From positions 69,232,788-69,296,787 of the forward strand of contig CM120640.1 of NCBI GenBank assembly GCA_051362555.1: a DNA stretch of 64,000 nucleotides. The letters run 5' to 3'. Shown here in pieces: positions 37,811 through 52,800 of this stretch. The notes below the pieces were generated by a model that ran no database searches, was not told the DNA's origin, and saw nothing but the letters and a program-made list of their open reading frames with translations. Source of the stretch: Lingula anatina (lineage: Eukaryota > Animalia > Brachiopoda). How positions within the stretch are numbered: the stretch's first letter is position 1; each line of letters begins with the position of its first letter. Made by a program: the position numbers and the translations under genes.

Positions 37811-40800
37811 CATATAAAAACAATAGGCTGCAATGAAAAATAAAAAGATGACAAAACCTGGAAGAATGCTCCAACTAGAACCAGAGTCATAGCAGGTCTG
37901 AAATGTTGGCAAGAAGGTTGGATGCTGAATGGCTTCATACACAAAGATTTTTTTCTTCAAATAAAATTGTACTATACGGGATAATTTTCTTGGTGAAAAC
38001 TGTCAATGTCAAAAACCTTGGGGACGAGGGTAGCTGTCCAATTAGAGAAATATTTGTATGAACTTAAATACTTTTGGCAGACAAAAACTTCAATCATATA
38101 TAATAATAGATGATATTACTGAAAGTAATACTATAATGAAGCAGTGATTAGGACATCTGGGGAATCTAGCAGTTTGTGCAATAAAATAGGTTGCTGAGGC
38201 AAAAATTCAATACTAGAAGCAAATCAAGATGTAGAAGTAGTATTTTTTTTTTGGCAGCCATAAGCCATGACCACTACTGCTTGCAATAAAACTTCATTCA
38301 AGGAAAATACTCGTAAATGCTACTGCCAGTGAAATTTGTTTCATCTATTCTAAGAATCTTCCAACATACAACAATAAAGAAAAAGAAACAAGTTATGAAA
38401 TAGGCCTTTTGATCAATGAGGAAATAATAAAAGATAATTAATTTCCCTTATGGTTCAACATCCTAGCTCTCTTTCTCTCTCTTTCTTTTTTTTTCATCCA
38501 GATTAATTTGCACACATGTCCCAGGTTCAGGGCTTCCTCTTATCTCCATCTTAGTTACTCATTTATTATTTTTATAGCAATTCACGGATTGATGAGCCTC
38601 TATAAGATGCCTGATTTTATCTTCTGTGTAATAAAACCAATCTATACAGCCAACAAACAGGACCGGGCTGCCCATTTTCTTTCACTCCATATCACTTTTC
38701 CTTCTGTGGCATCTTAAGGATATATAGTACTGCCTAAAAAAATCTCCTTCATTGACTTTAATGCATTGCTGCTATAATCAATTGGTATCAGTGCCATTGC
38801 CATTGAAATGATCAGGTAGCTTCAGCAACTGCAGGAAATCACTGCAGTGAACAGAGGAACGGGAACCCCAATATCATACTGGTGAACAACACTGACTTCA
38901 CAGTATTGTTTGTACAGGAAATTTGCAGAACCTTCTGCTAAAGGCACCAAAGACACAGATAGGATAAACCTTTGCTGGCAGGTTAGTGATTATAAAAGCA
39001 TTTTCCTTTTTGATTTATCTCTCCTTCCCTTGGAGTATTGGGGTACTTCCTCGGAGCAAACTCCATCTGGGACTCTAACAAAATAGCATTTGGTCTTTCT
39101 GATAAAGCAAGGCTTCTGATCTTCAGATAACCTTTGATAGTGTTTGCAGCAAAAATTAAAAAAAAAAATTAATGCAAATTGTTAAAAAAAACTTTCCAAA
39201 GGAATATGAAAGCCTATTTGCTTTTTAATTATAGCCTACACAAGTCTTTACATCGCAAGTATTGGCAGTGACTTACTCTGTTATGATCAACAGAATTCTA
39301 AATGTACAATAATCATAAAATACAGGGCTACCAGGTGTCGAAAGTAAATGCCAGGCCCTGAAAGAAAAAAAAACGCATTATTATCAAAGGCCCTATCAGA
39401 TGACAAGTACAAAAGTACAAAAGTACAAAAAGATGACAGTTATCAGAGACAATCTGGAAAAAGAATTCCCTATATATACATATAGCTGTCACTATACAAA
39501 GGATGAGATTAGTTTTATTGTACAAAAGACATATCATATGTTATTTGAATGTTACAATGCAAACATTATGTTCTCTTGGCTAATTCCTCGATGTATAAAT
39601 GCAAAGATTATGTGCTGTTGACTAGTTCCTTTGTGATTTTTCTCTTTAAGAAATAAAAGGTTTAAATTTACATGGTAAACATGTCCTAATGAGTAATTCC
39701 TTCACAACAGATTTAGACAAATACCACTGGAATTGTTTTCAATTTTTGTTTCAGACTTTCATACTTTTAAAAAGCTAATTCACAGTGCCTATTGATCTTC
39801 AGAAATGGGCTATTTGAAGAGTTGCCAACATCGGCCTATTTCACCAGTGTACTGCTCTTCCAAAACCACTAAAATGTTCTTGACATTCAAATTCACTTTA
39901 AAAGTCCACATTTCTTAAGTTCTTGATTCTTATCTTTTGAGTCTTTATTGTTTTCTTAGGCTTCCTCACCCACTCTCTGTGCCTTAAGCAGCAGGAAGAA
40001 ACTTGACGTTGTGTAACATCAAAGTTGAACTGAGTACATGTCATAGCTACGGTAGATAGCTTCTTTTTTATGTACTTCAATATTAACAAAATATTAAACT
40101 GTTGGACACTCACATTTACTTTGCCAATGCCTAATTAATTCATAAAAACTGAGAGACAATTTATATCTAGTAAGTTTGTCTGTTTGTTAAGAACTAGCAC
40201 TTTTTGCAACTGAGGTTTTGTTGGAGCAAGAGGTCAGTTTTTACGTCCCATCCAAGCAATAAATGACATACTTCTATGTGACATCATGGCCAAATAGAAA
40301 ACAAGTGACACTCTAAGGTTAGGCTAATCTTTAAGTAATAAGGGTGAATGCTGTCTTAGAAAGTTATAGAAAAATGATATGCAAAACATGGGGAATGCAT
40401 ACTGTAGTGCAAAAGACTATTATTCAACAGAACTTAAAAGAAAACAACCACAAAACATCCTGTAAGTTTTTATTTCTTGCCGCACAGCACTCTCTAGTTT
40501 GACATTATTTAGCAACCCCTTAGCAAAATCATACAAAATCTCGCTTAATTTTACACTTAGTCAGGAGATCCTGGGCTTTCCTGGACAATCTTGACTGCAA
40601 CAGTAAAATTAATTTCTCATTTTGTCTTGTTATGTAATCTTTGCAGTTTTCTCAGTGTTTAAGCTACCTATGCTAACATGTTTTAATCTGTTGATCAATC
40701 ATCAGAATATCATCAGTAAGCAGATCAAGACCACTTCTGATTTCAGTAAAGGTTATTGTGTCCTTCCAGTACAGAATGACAGGGAGGAAATACTGGTACA

Positions 40801-43800
40801 CAGCAGGTCTACATCTTCACTCTATTTCATATGTATACAATAAGTGGTAGAAAATATCCCAAAGCCTATTTTTATGCCTAAATATCATGCAGTGCTACTT
40901 ATCTTTTCCAATCCAGTCCTTAAAAAATGATAAACCCCCTCAAATTAAAGTGTCGATATTTCTTTCTGAAATGTCAGGAAGACTGTGGTGGCCTATGCGT
41001 AAATGTCTGGCCAGGCACTTAGAACTAAATAATATAATTAGAAATGGTATAAAACATCAAATCCAAGTGCAGGGACAGGTCGAGCGATAATTCTTGAGTG
41101 GGAGAAAATTACTTTTTTCTAAAAAAATTAGATTTGGTGCAAAAATTCCCAGATAGGGAACCTTTAAACAAATAAAAAAATCTCTCCTCCAGTAAGGGAA
41201 ACCCGGGCCCTGCAAAATAAGTCTATGAAGAGAAATGACAGGTTTAGATCTTAACTGTATCTCATTATAACTAAGCAAATTAAACACGTCCTCCAAAATC
41301 CCCCTTCTACAAATTAGTGTCAATTTAATGTAGCAGACGCCAATGACTATGTTGACTAAATAACCAGACAGAAAAATGTCATTAGTTTCAAGTACGCTTC
41401 TATGTTTGTAGTAAAAAGATGGGAAAGGATGAAAATTGCTTTTTTCTGACCGTTTTTTTTTCCTCAATATATCAATGGGTCATTCAGGGTTTTCTTTAAA
41501 AATAACACTGTATATGTTCCTACTGGACACAGCACAGTAATTAACTTGGTTTATGATAAGTCTTGGCAAATGGGGTGAGCAGCTTTGATGTCATTGTATT
41601 TGTCTGCTACGACTGTGACTGTGTGACATCAGAGACAACAGTAATACCCCAGGTGTGAAATGGAGCGAAATATAGGAGACATTATCACAAGAGCCCCTGG
41701 GGTTGATTTTCAAATCATTCCACACTTAAATTTTCTACATTTTCATATTTTTAAAAACATGAAATGGCTGATTATAACTACCAAATCTCCCCATAAATTT
41801 CTCTATGCCATACCAATGATTCTCTCTTTATTTGTGCTTGACATAAAAAATGGCAGCAAGACAGCAGTATGAGGAGCCTATAGCAGACCATCATCTTGTA
41901 TTATATCATGTAAAGGTGTTTGTGGTGACATAGTGTGGTAAATACATGCTCACTGCAGTCATCCATCAAGCAATCAATGACACATTTTCTAGTATTACCA
42001 GAATATTAGTATCCCTCTCTTTTCTGGTCTGCTACTCTGTCTCTTGGCCAATTCAAAGTCTCCAGCCCATTACTGGCAAATTAGTAAGAATGCATTATGC
42101 ATAAATCAAATTAACCCAGGACTGAATGTCTGGTACGGAACCATTGTCATGCAAAATGGGAATAATATTAAAAGAGTTCCCTGTTTTCAAACTTGATCAT
42201 GGCTGTATTGATTCTCATTAAGTTTTCTTTCTCTCATTAGTCACTTTGAATGCAGCTTTTGTTACTGTTATCTTCTGAAGAATGAACATGACATGGTTAC
42301 TGTGTTAGTTGGCAGACCAAGTCTTGTCCTGATACGATGTATTCATCACAGTTCCTATTCCACCAGTATCACCTTCCTGTCCCCCGCCTTCCTTCCCTAA
42401 CTTATGATTTATTGCTGCTTCAAAATATGTAAAAAGGGCCAATTTCCCAAAGCATCAATTCATTATTTTCCTATTTTGATTTTATTTGTTCATGATTGAA
42501 AACAGATGAAATCACTGTAGTTCAGTGTATACATAACTGCAACTAGTCCACACAATATTCCACACTGGCGCTCTTTGCCTAAAGCAATGATAAACTCTCC
42601 ATGTGTAATTCAAAATTCCGCAATAAATAGACAGTAAATATGTATGTATTTATTAATGCATTTTACCATCAAAATGGTGGGTATTGTAATTATTATGAAA
42701 TCTGTGCTTGCAATTAGGCTTTAAATGCCCTTCCCCCCCCCTTCTCCATGCAAACCATTGTCATTGACAAAGGGGTGGCATGTGTGATCTTGCCTGAAAT
42801 CGAGTCCAAAAAAAATAAAAATGGAAGGGTTTTAGTTAATTCAATCTTGAAAAGGTTAGGACTGCCAGTACATCATTTAAGTTTGATAAACTAAAAAATA
42901 TATACACATTCCTAATAATCTAAATTTATAGGAACTCTTTGCATATTATATTCATAGGTTCTTTGGGAAACTTTTATTTTGAATTCTGGTGTGTTTATTT
43001 TGTCTTCTTTCCTAGTTTTGGAAGATCCTGCAGTGACATTATCTTCTTCTTATTCTGTTGCCTTGGTCTTCCCACAGTTCTAAAAGAGGGCACATCAAAT
43101 CTTGCTGGATATCGCTAGTTGTGCAATGATAGTAATTGTTTACTGTTTGTTATAATCTCTTCAGTAATATTTACAAAAAAAATTCTTTTTACTCCAAGAA
43201 AAAATGTTTTATGGTACTTTTCCTGCGATAATAAAGAGCTGTCATATCTTTAATAAAATAAAATGACATATGAATGCTGAAATAAAAAAAATTAGATTCA
43301 ATGATAATAGTAATAACAGTGATAAGAAAACCACCCTGTATGTTTCAGTTCCAGGCCAAGAATCTTGAATCATTCTTCAGACATGCTTTCATGCCTTTAC
43401 ACAGTCACCTTTTATCATGCTCAGAGAAAATGAGAAAACTTGCATTTGAAGAAACGAAAGCAATCTTTTAACTGATGAACTGTAACAAAACTGGCCAGGT
43501 TCTGCCAGCACAGGATCCACTCCTTAGCAATAGTGGTGGAGGTAGGTGGGAGATTGATGTTTTATCATCAGACATCCTTGATCTTCAGGCTGACATTGAT
43601 TGCAATAGCCATGGCATCTCCATATGGTAAAATAATTGACTGTGAGCTAAGACCAATTTTCCAGAACAGGAGACAATGCCTCAGGTTTTCCATGGGGTAA
43701 TTTCTGTTCTGAATTTGCCAATTCATCTCATGGAATTATTAGACCTTTCAGCATATTATGCAATTATAGTCGATGCAGAAGCTAAAATTAGCAAGGAAAT

Positions 43801-45024
43801 GGTTGGGTGGATAACCATAGTTATAAAAAATGCTTTTCACTATTGGCTTTGATTATAACTGATCTCCTTCCTCATCTAAAACATTGCATTGCTTTTAAAG
43901 AAATGCTTAAAAATGACAGTTGACATTACAGAGAAATCAAGGCTAAGATTTATCACAGGTTGCGGTGATATTACAAGATATGCCCATAAGATGGCAGTGT
44001 GTCATTTACCCTCAACTGAAAATATTATTCTCAGAATCTCAAGAGGCAAATAGTGATTTCCTATTTTCCAGAAACAGTCACAGAGAGTACAAAACATAAT
44101 CAAAACATAACATTGCATTTATCATCTATTACCAAAAAATATATAAACTGTTTGGATCTTTTTGTGTTGCTGGTTTATGCACTACTTTTTTCTGGTTTTA
44201 CACATGCATGTATCCATATAAAAAGAGATGATTAATTTCTCTTAAAATCTAAGTCTATATAAGGGTATTATTCCCCAGGGTATCATAAACTCTAATACAT
44301 GTCTATGCTGGATAATCTGTACGAGGTAGGGTTGTTTTTAAGGACATGATTGATGCAGAGTGTTGTCTGATTACAAGAAGTCTAATCAACATTTTGCAAT
44401 ATTGACAATCAATTTTAATTTTGAGAGTGACAAATAAAAAGGTACATATTATGGCTACATTTACATATTATACATAAAAATTGGATAAAAGATGCATGTG
44501 TCCACACATGTGAAACCTGCCTAACACACGCACGCACGTACACACACACGCACACACAAACACACACACACAACAGCCCTATGGTAACACAGAAGGAGAA
44601 GGATAACTTTTCCGAAAGCTTGTTTTTTTTCCTACTCCAAGCAGGTGGCCGTGAACTAGTCAACTGTAATAACACTTTCTTGCAAATTGTCTAGCACCTC
44701 CTGTTTTCAACAACTCCTTGTCTTAAACAAAAGGTGGGAGTGTGGTGAAGTATTTCTGTTGGCATGAAACCTCTTCTTAAACGGAGTGTGTCTGCTGATT
44801 TTAGTGTCAGCAAAGAGTTTCAGCAGGAAATTGTTTATTTCTACCCTAAAGCACAAAGTGAGTCAAATGAAACCCTTTGCGCAATGGAGGGTTAACACTT
44901 GAAAGGCAATTTCTAAGCAGCTGCCCAACCCTTTGAACTTAAACTGAAACTGTGTAAATCAATTTCTTTTCTTTGTGATGTCGTACAATGTGTGTGCACG
45001 AGTCTTACATTGAACTTTACTATA

Positions 45025-45025
<1 letters not shown>

Positions 45026-45060
<35 letters not shown>

Positions 45061-45120
45061 CTACACATACACACACACACATACACACACACATACACAC
45101 ACACACACACACGCACTCAC
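45026..45120. repeat. Interrupted (CA)n microsatellite
   Basis: CA run with CATA interruptions; a shorter CA/CG tract lies at about 44524-44572. Confidence 0.95.
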
Positions 45121-47797
45121 AGAGAATACTTATAGCCAAGTATTTGGAATTAAGCTATTCAAGCTTCCTGCTAAAGTACCCAGGAATAGAAAGTGAAAGT
45201 GCTGATGGTGGTAAGAGATAGGCCCATCATTACAAATATTTTAAAATATAGTAAATATTTTCCCCAAAAGTTTACTTATCATTTCCTTATGAAGCATGGT
45301 AATTACTCCATCTTTTCAATGGGGGAGGGGATTGTGAATTTTACAGATACTGTATTTTTTAAGTCTAAATTTTTTTAAATCAAACATTCCTATTTAGTAG
45401 TGACAAAATTAAAAAGCTGGCTATTCTATATAGTTCTATTCTATGCAATATAAAGACCACAAATGCTACATAGCAATACGATTTTTGTGATTATTAAATT
45501 ATGTATCTGAAAGTTTGATAATTTTTGCCCATTGAACAGATCCAAGTCCTTACTGTACATGTTAATAAAGCTAGAAATGGTAAGCAATATTCAGGTACAT
45601 GCCAAAAGAAAACACACTTTCCTACTTTCACATTCTAGGAATACATGGAGGGTCACCTCACCACAAATAACTCCTCTTGTTTTGCTCTCATTTTTTTTTT
45701 TTTTTTGGGGGGGGGGGGTCTAAAAGGTTACAGCAGCTCATTTGTATATGTTATGGAAGCCAGAAACTTGAGTGAAAATTTGAAGCTTATCTAGAAAAAA
45801 TTCAGAAAGTAACAACTTCATGATATATCACCACATTCATTGTAACCAGACAGATCTTTCACCGTGTCTAAAACAGCAGCATACCTAATTTCACCTGTTG
45901 AAAACTTTTTAATTTGTCTGGGCTTAAGTACAAATCAGTTGATCAAGTAAAATGCAAACGTTTTGATAATCTCTTTTGAGTTAAAACATAGGTAAATTGT
46001 TACACCAAACGTTATCCTTTAATTTGGCCAGACAGCAAACAAGAAGAACACTTCTAACCCTATATTAGGTTTTACCCTACAGCAAAACATTCTTTACAAT
46101 GTTTAAAGAGAAACTAGTCAACCAGCATATTTCATTCCGTATTAATGCTAGAAACATCAATCTTTATCACATACTCAGCCACCTTGTCATTTGGAAGACT
46201 TGGGTTAATTCTATAAATATTATGTATATTATAATCATCAAAGCTGGAGGAGTTTTTTGACTTGATGTTGCTCTGGGCTCCACAACAAGGACCCCGTTCT
46301 CTGTCCCCAATACCTATACATACTTGGTTCAATCACTTTGTCAGGACAGGGAGACAAATATCAAACATGATCTCTAATAGGAATCATCTAAGATAGCCCA
46401 GCCTTACAACCAAGCATAAAAAAGTGAGATTGCACGGGACTTGGAGAATGGTGTCAGAAATAATGGCAGACTAGCAAGAGTGGTGCGGTTATGAATAAAA
46501 ACTGATGGAATTCATCCAAGGATAATTTCTGGTTGTTTTATCTAAAATTCTGCAGATATATAGGCTTCTTACACAATAGTACTTTTCACAATATTTATAG
46601 GTTACATATATTGCTTTTTCCAGCAGTTGAGGGTCCACCTTTATACAGCCAAAAAGTTATCCCCGCCTCACACAGATTCTTGCCTCTATTTCTAGGCTCA
46701 TATGATGTCATGCAGAAAAGGTATTGAAATGGATTGTGCTTCAGAGATGATAACCACTTTAGTTAGTGTTTTTCTAAACATGTGTCAATGACCGAATTGA
46801 AGAATAGTTGGTACTGGATGAATGGTGCAAAACCGCAATCCCATCTCTTTGATGCTATACCTAGAGTTGATTTACAGTTTCAGAGTGTGGTTATATGATC
46901 TAGGGGTTACATCAGTTTGGATCCTGGTGTGCTGCTTTAGAATGTCTACAAAGGCAGACCACAAAATATCAGTTACGGAAATGTCAATAACATTTGTATA
47001 AATGTTACCTTTTCTTTCCATGAACATGCTGTTCTACATGATGTGCTTTAAGACATGATGTAGTTTTTAGACAGTACATTGTGCAAATATGCTGACACAC
47101 CATGTTACATACGGTATTGGAAAGGAGAAAGGGGAAAGGCATCAGCCTTAAAATGCATGGACCTTTGACAAAGAAAAGCTCCATATACTGTACTTATTAT
47201 AATTGACATCAAAAACACAAGTTTTAGCATTTCAGATGGTTATACCTCTGCTATTTAAGGGCATTATATTTTGATTTGCCTATATGGATGGATTTTGGTA
47301 AAATTTCCAAGATAAGTCAGACATGACTTATAATAAAAATTATTTATTTATAAATAATAAAATTTATTTATTTATAATCAGTTTTATTAATAATGAGAAC
47401 TAGCTGCTTTGGAGGCAGTATTTACAATGCAAACAGTAGAAAAGAATAAGTTATCTGTACTGGGTATCTTCATCCTGCTTCATACTAGATTTTAAAGATG
47501 ACATCACAGCAGAAAGGATGGAGGTAGTCATATTCTTATGTCTAAATATCCTTCAGAGCTATTTATGTTTCCCAATCCAAACCTTAAAAATGATAAAACC
47601 CTAAAAAAAAAGTGCTTGATGTCATTGTCTTCTGAAATGCCAGGCAGGATATGGCTGTCCCAAAAGGACACGCCTTCAGATTTTTTTAAAGTACATAAAC
47701 ACCTTGTTGAACTTGCCTCATGTCAGGATGAGTAATTTGTTTGGCCATTCAAATGCATAAATGCCATGAATTAATGTTGCCAAAAATGATGTAAATT

Positions 47798-47949
47798 CAG
47801 GGGCAGATCCTGAGAAATTTTCTGACAGTCTTCCTAAGTATCTTTGTGGATCCATCCTCTATTTCTGACCATCTTCCAACATTAGAGACCGGTCAAGGTA
47901 AACTCACAAATCTGAACATCTTCTGGAAGATGGCCACAATCTGCCCCTA
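47798..47949. mobile_element. Decayed CAGGGGCGGATC-type MITE
   Basis: CAGGGGCAGATCC ... AATCTGCCCCTA termini (CpG-decayed), AAATT on both flanks; interior related in opposite orientation to 54278-54450. Confidence 0.7.
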
Positions 47950-49267
47950 AAATTTCCAGTGTATCACCTGCTGTTGGACACGACCACCTATCAACATTCT
48001 GGACACGATTCCGAGGCATGCACAACCTGGAAGTTGGTACTTGAATGGATTGCCTACCTCAACAAACCAATGCTTAAGGGTTGGTTAGGGACCTTCCAAT
48101 TATCCCGCACTGTTACAGAGTTATGGCAAATGACAGGAAAAGAGAATGAAATGCAGGTTAGTTGGAGAAAAATGGTGTTTACCTAACAAAAATTTGATAG
48201 GGCATCCTGAATGGGTTGGGCACACAATATCAGTGTGATTTATGTCTGGGCAATTTCCCTAAGTTTCAGAAAAGTTTACATTTTATACCCATTTGCATAA
48301 GAGTGACAAGATCAAGTGATTCACCAAAGGTTACTTCCGCAAACTATGGGACAGAATCAGTGCATCAGCCGTTTATATATTATGTGAGTTTCTTTTGAAA
48401 GTGTCTATTTATACCAAGATTTGATCTTTTTCCTGGACAGAACTTGTATCCCACTTGTATCCCACTGAGTGGCAAACTTTTTGGGGAAAGTGCTGTGTTG
48501 TTTTATTAGACCAATTAAAGGCCATATACATGGAGCTGAAGCATGAGATGTCATATGATGTCATATGAAGATATAAGTAAATAAAGCCTGTAGACCAGGA
48601 CGATGCAAATTTCAAACTAAAATTGTAAGTGCCATTATTAAGAAATGTTAAAATCTATACTTGATGTGTAAGAGATTTTAAAAACCTCTACTTATGGAAG
48701 TCATCTATTAGATAAATGTGTAAATATGTGAAAACTCACATATGCAATTAAAGGTAAAAAATGTCATCACTTCAAGCTGTAGAGAGAACCCATGCAACAC
48801 CCCCATGGATCTCCCACACTTTGAAGATAATGCATTAAGAGATTAAATGGTATTTTTCAAAATTAATTTAGCAAAAGATATTTTTTCAAGCTGTAATGGC
48901 CTTTCGATCTTGTATTTTGTACAGGATAAGTGGTCCATATAAGAAGTCTGATCTGTTTTTGTTCAATCCCTTGTAATCCTAGACCCCTTGTAATCGTTAA
49001 CCATGACATTTCACTATACAACTAATGACATATGAAGAAACCACACAGCACTCCAATTCATTTTGTGGTTATCCATTTAAAGTACTTTATGAAAACTACC
49101 CACTATTGGGATTGGGTGATTAACAGTTTTATGAGTAAAAAAATTATAAGCAAAATTACCATTTAATATTTTTACCACATTCAAAATTGAAATGACTTCC
49201 ACCTTTTTTTTCACAAAAATAAAATTCAAGTGTAATTTTATCAAATTTATCATACCTACCTCTTCTA

Positions 49268-49802
49268 ATTACAAGTCAATTTTATTCCAAGCTCTACTAA
49301 GTACAAGTCACTATATACAGCTAACTAGCTCTACTTAGTACAAGTCACCATATCTAGCTATACAATGTAAAAGTCACCATATCTAGTTATACTAAGTACA
49401 AGTAATCATATTTAGCTTTACTAAGTACAAGTCACCATACCTAGCTGTACTAAGTACAAGTCACCATACCTAGCTGTACTAAGGACAAGTAATCATAGCT
49501 AGCTGTACTAAGTACAAGTCACCATACCTAGCTGTACTAAGTACAAGTCACCGTACCTAGCTGTACTAAGTACAAGTCACCGTACCTAGCTGTACTAAGT
49601 ACAAGTCACCGTACCTAGCTGTACTAAGTACAAGTCACTGTACCTAGCTGTACTAAGTACAAGTCACCATACCTAGCTGTACTAAGTACAAGTCACCGTA
49701 CCTAGCTGTACTAAGTACAAGTCACCGTACCTAGCTGTACTAAGTACAAGTCACCGTACCTAGCTGTACTTAGTACAAGTCACCACACCTAGTTCTACTA
49801 AG
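49268..49802. repeat. 29-bp minisatellite, about 18 copies
   Basis: Consensus CTAGCTGTACTAAGTACAAGTCACCRTAC; left copies degenerate, right copies nearly identical. Confidence 0.95.
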
Positions 49803-52800
49803 CCTACATAAGAAGCCAAAATTGAAGATAAAACATTAGGTAAAGATGGTGCAATTGAAGAAAAAAGTTTACCATTCTATGGACAAAACTTACAGACAAA
49901 ACATTCCTAACCATAGATCTCATCAAATTCTTTTATTGTTTTTATAACTGAAATTTTATGATGGCTATCAAATTCCATTGAATTAAAAATTAACATTGAT
50001 GTGCTTAAAATTTTTTGTCATGGGTATAAATATTACCACTTTGTAGATTTCCTTCTATAACATCTATAACAAACTGAAAGATTCATCTCACTCAGCAGTA
50101 CAGTACCAATAAAAAAACATACTTAGCTACTTAGGAAGCAGAAAAAGTTGCAAGACCTTTGACTGAACATCTTTTCTGTTCCGCTACATAGCAGTGAACA
50201 GGATTCATCTTCTTCATCACATGGATTTTAAACGTGAATAGACTTGTCACATTTGTAGCATAGGTAAATGCCAATAGTGTTATAATAACAAAAACATACA
50301 ATGAGTCTCTGATTTCTTGAAAAGCATATTTTTTTCGTTTTTTGTTTTTACCTGACAAACACCGTAAGCAGATTCTCAAATGAATATTATCTGAGTTTAC
50401 TAACAATATAATGAAGTTAGGTTTTCACTCTCAAAGCACACACTAGAGCAGATCTTAGGGATCAATGTTTTCAACAGAATCTTGCGATATACAAAAGTCA
50501 ATCATAGGAGCACCTACTGGGCTATTCATTTCTTCCAGAATAATGAAACAGGATAGCATCAAAACTGTCACTATAAGGTCACATTTCATGACTGATATAC
50601 CAATAACGGCATGCCCTCAGGCATATTATGAAAGGACTTCTCCAGGTATTAACATGCAGCTGGGCAGCAAGGCTGGAACATATGCAGATATTAAACTAAA
50701 AACATCAGAGAAACAGATATAGGGAGAAGTAAAAATCTGGTACTTGCTACACTTTTGCTGCAAAGAAATCAAAATATATCGCACATTTCTCAAAATAAGA
50801 TTTGGATGTAGAGGACATAGTGATCTAAGAAATTAAATAGAATGCTGAGAACTGTGACGATGTCAGTGTTGGAGTCAGCAGCTGGAGACACTGGCATTCT
50901 AGGCACAATAACACAGAATAACACAAACTCACTGATTTTTTAACTGAACATGAAATTTATTACAAGGCAGTTTTAGTAATTAAAAAAATGTCATCACAGT
51001 TTGCTAGTGATAGGATAAATGTGTATACGTCTGATTGCAATGGCTGACACACAACACGGCAGAGGTAAAATACCAGAATATAACCAGAAACACTAGGAAC
51101 ATTCCATATCCATCTGCTTTATAAGACAACATCATGCCAAGATATTTCCAAGGATAGGACATCACTCTTTATCTTACCAATTAAGTTCAATATATATATC
51201 ATAGGGTGGAACTGTTGGCAACATTGCTGTAATCACAAGATATAAAAATAGGTAAAAAAGGGTGTTATGGAGGAGAAATACCTTCTACACAAAAATTGGC
51301 CCATAAAAAGTAGTCAAGGCGTATTAGCTAGTTTTACTATAGACATGTCTACACAGTTTGCTTCGAGATGAGAAGTGGAGTTGGTGGTGTATATTTATTT
51401 TTTTAAAAAACATTTATTTAAAAAAATGGAAAAATGGAGTGCTGAATTCATTTAAAAAACACACTGAGAACTGTAGAGGTATCCTCAGTTTCACTTCCTC
51501 AGCCTAGACACTGCATGATATGTTAACGTCAGAGTAGCAATGAAAGTAGACAAGCTAAAGCATACATAATCACAGGAAAAACACCCTTTGTAACATGGAT
51601 AAATCTCTAAGCATTTATTTCTTTAAGTAAGTGAAGTATCAAGTAGAGATAGCCCAGGATACCTCTTATAAGCACACACACACACACACAAAAAAAAAAA
51701 CAACTAAATTAGGTTAATGGAAAATAATCAAATAACTAAAAGAAATGCCATAAAACTTCCTTTTCAACTTAGACAGAGACTTCAAGAATGAGGCATCAGT
51801 TACTTTCATCAGATGGTCTTATGCCATCAGCTTGAGTCCAATGATAAAGGTTGCTGAATGAATGTCTTACTTCAGTCAGAAAGTAGAAATGCCAGCAAAT
51901 TGCACCTTATTCAAACAAAATGATTCGTACCTATATTTGTCTACCTGTTTAGGCAATATGTCACTGTCTGTTCACTGTGACATACTTTCATGTGACTACC
52001 ACTGACATGAAATTTATGATCTTTGCAAAATTCACAATCCATGAATATTTCTTTAATTGAATGAATGAATATTTCTTTAATTGAATGAAATCCATTTCTA
52101 TTTGTATTTACTGACTCATATATATACAGTAAATATAAATATTCCAGACCCATTCAAATAATGTTTCTCTTTCAGTCTACGTCAACTTCCCATTACCAAA
52201 AATCTTCGACTCAAGGCTAAGCACATGCCATTATGACATCAAAGACAAGTTAGACAATGTACCTGGCTCCCTGACATATATGCTGCACTTAATTATTCCT
52301 AATGAACTGGCTTTTAGCCACATGCTTCAGTTCCTACAGGTCCCAGAGGCACCATCTACTTTACAAATGGAAATCCACATCAGTCATGATTTGTTATCAA
52401 TAAGCAGATTACAATCAAATGTGGTTACTAATGCAAAATTGTTTTTTTATTATGTAGACAGTGATTCAGTTTTGAGAAATCATTTCACCACAGTTTTATT
52501 GGCTCCTTCCTCTAAGAACATTTAGCATGTACAGTTTAGGAGACAAATGAAATTTATATCTGAATTTTCTACGGACTGTCACAGTCTTTAGAATTGGTAA
52601 TAGGAATCCAATATTTACACTGAATATATATATGTAAAGATCTTTGGAGTGGATGTATGTGTAGGCGAGATCATACAAGAAGCATAAGTCTGGGATTCTA
52701 AAGGACGCAAATTGTTTTTTCTTGGCACATCCATTAAACAAATATCTTAATTAAATAAAATATCTAAATAAAAAATGAGAGGGTGATGGTGGCGGTGGTT

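Noticed and set aside
44415-45221. VC/HT-repeat ORFs (also 273-482 and 20347-20592)
   Set aside because: Translations of microsatellites
49268-49802. CRISPR-like array (29-bp unit; also the 32-bp unit at 35.4 kb)
   Set aside because: Units are head-to-tail with no unique spacers, there are no cas genes, and the context is a eukaryotic intron
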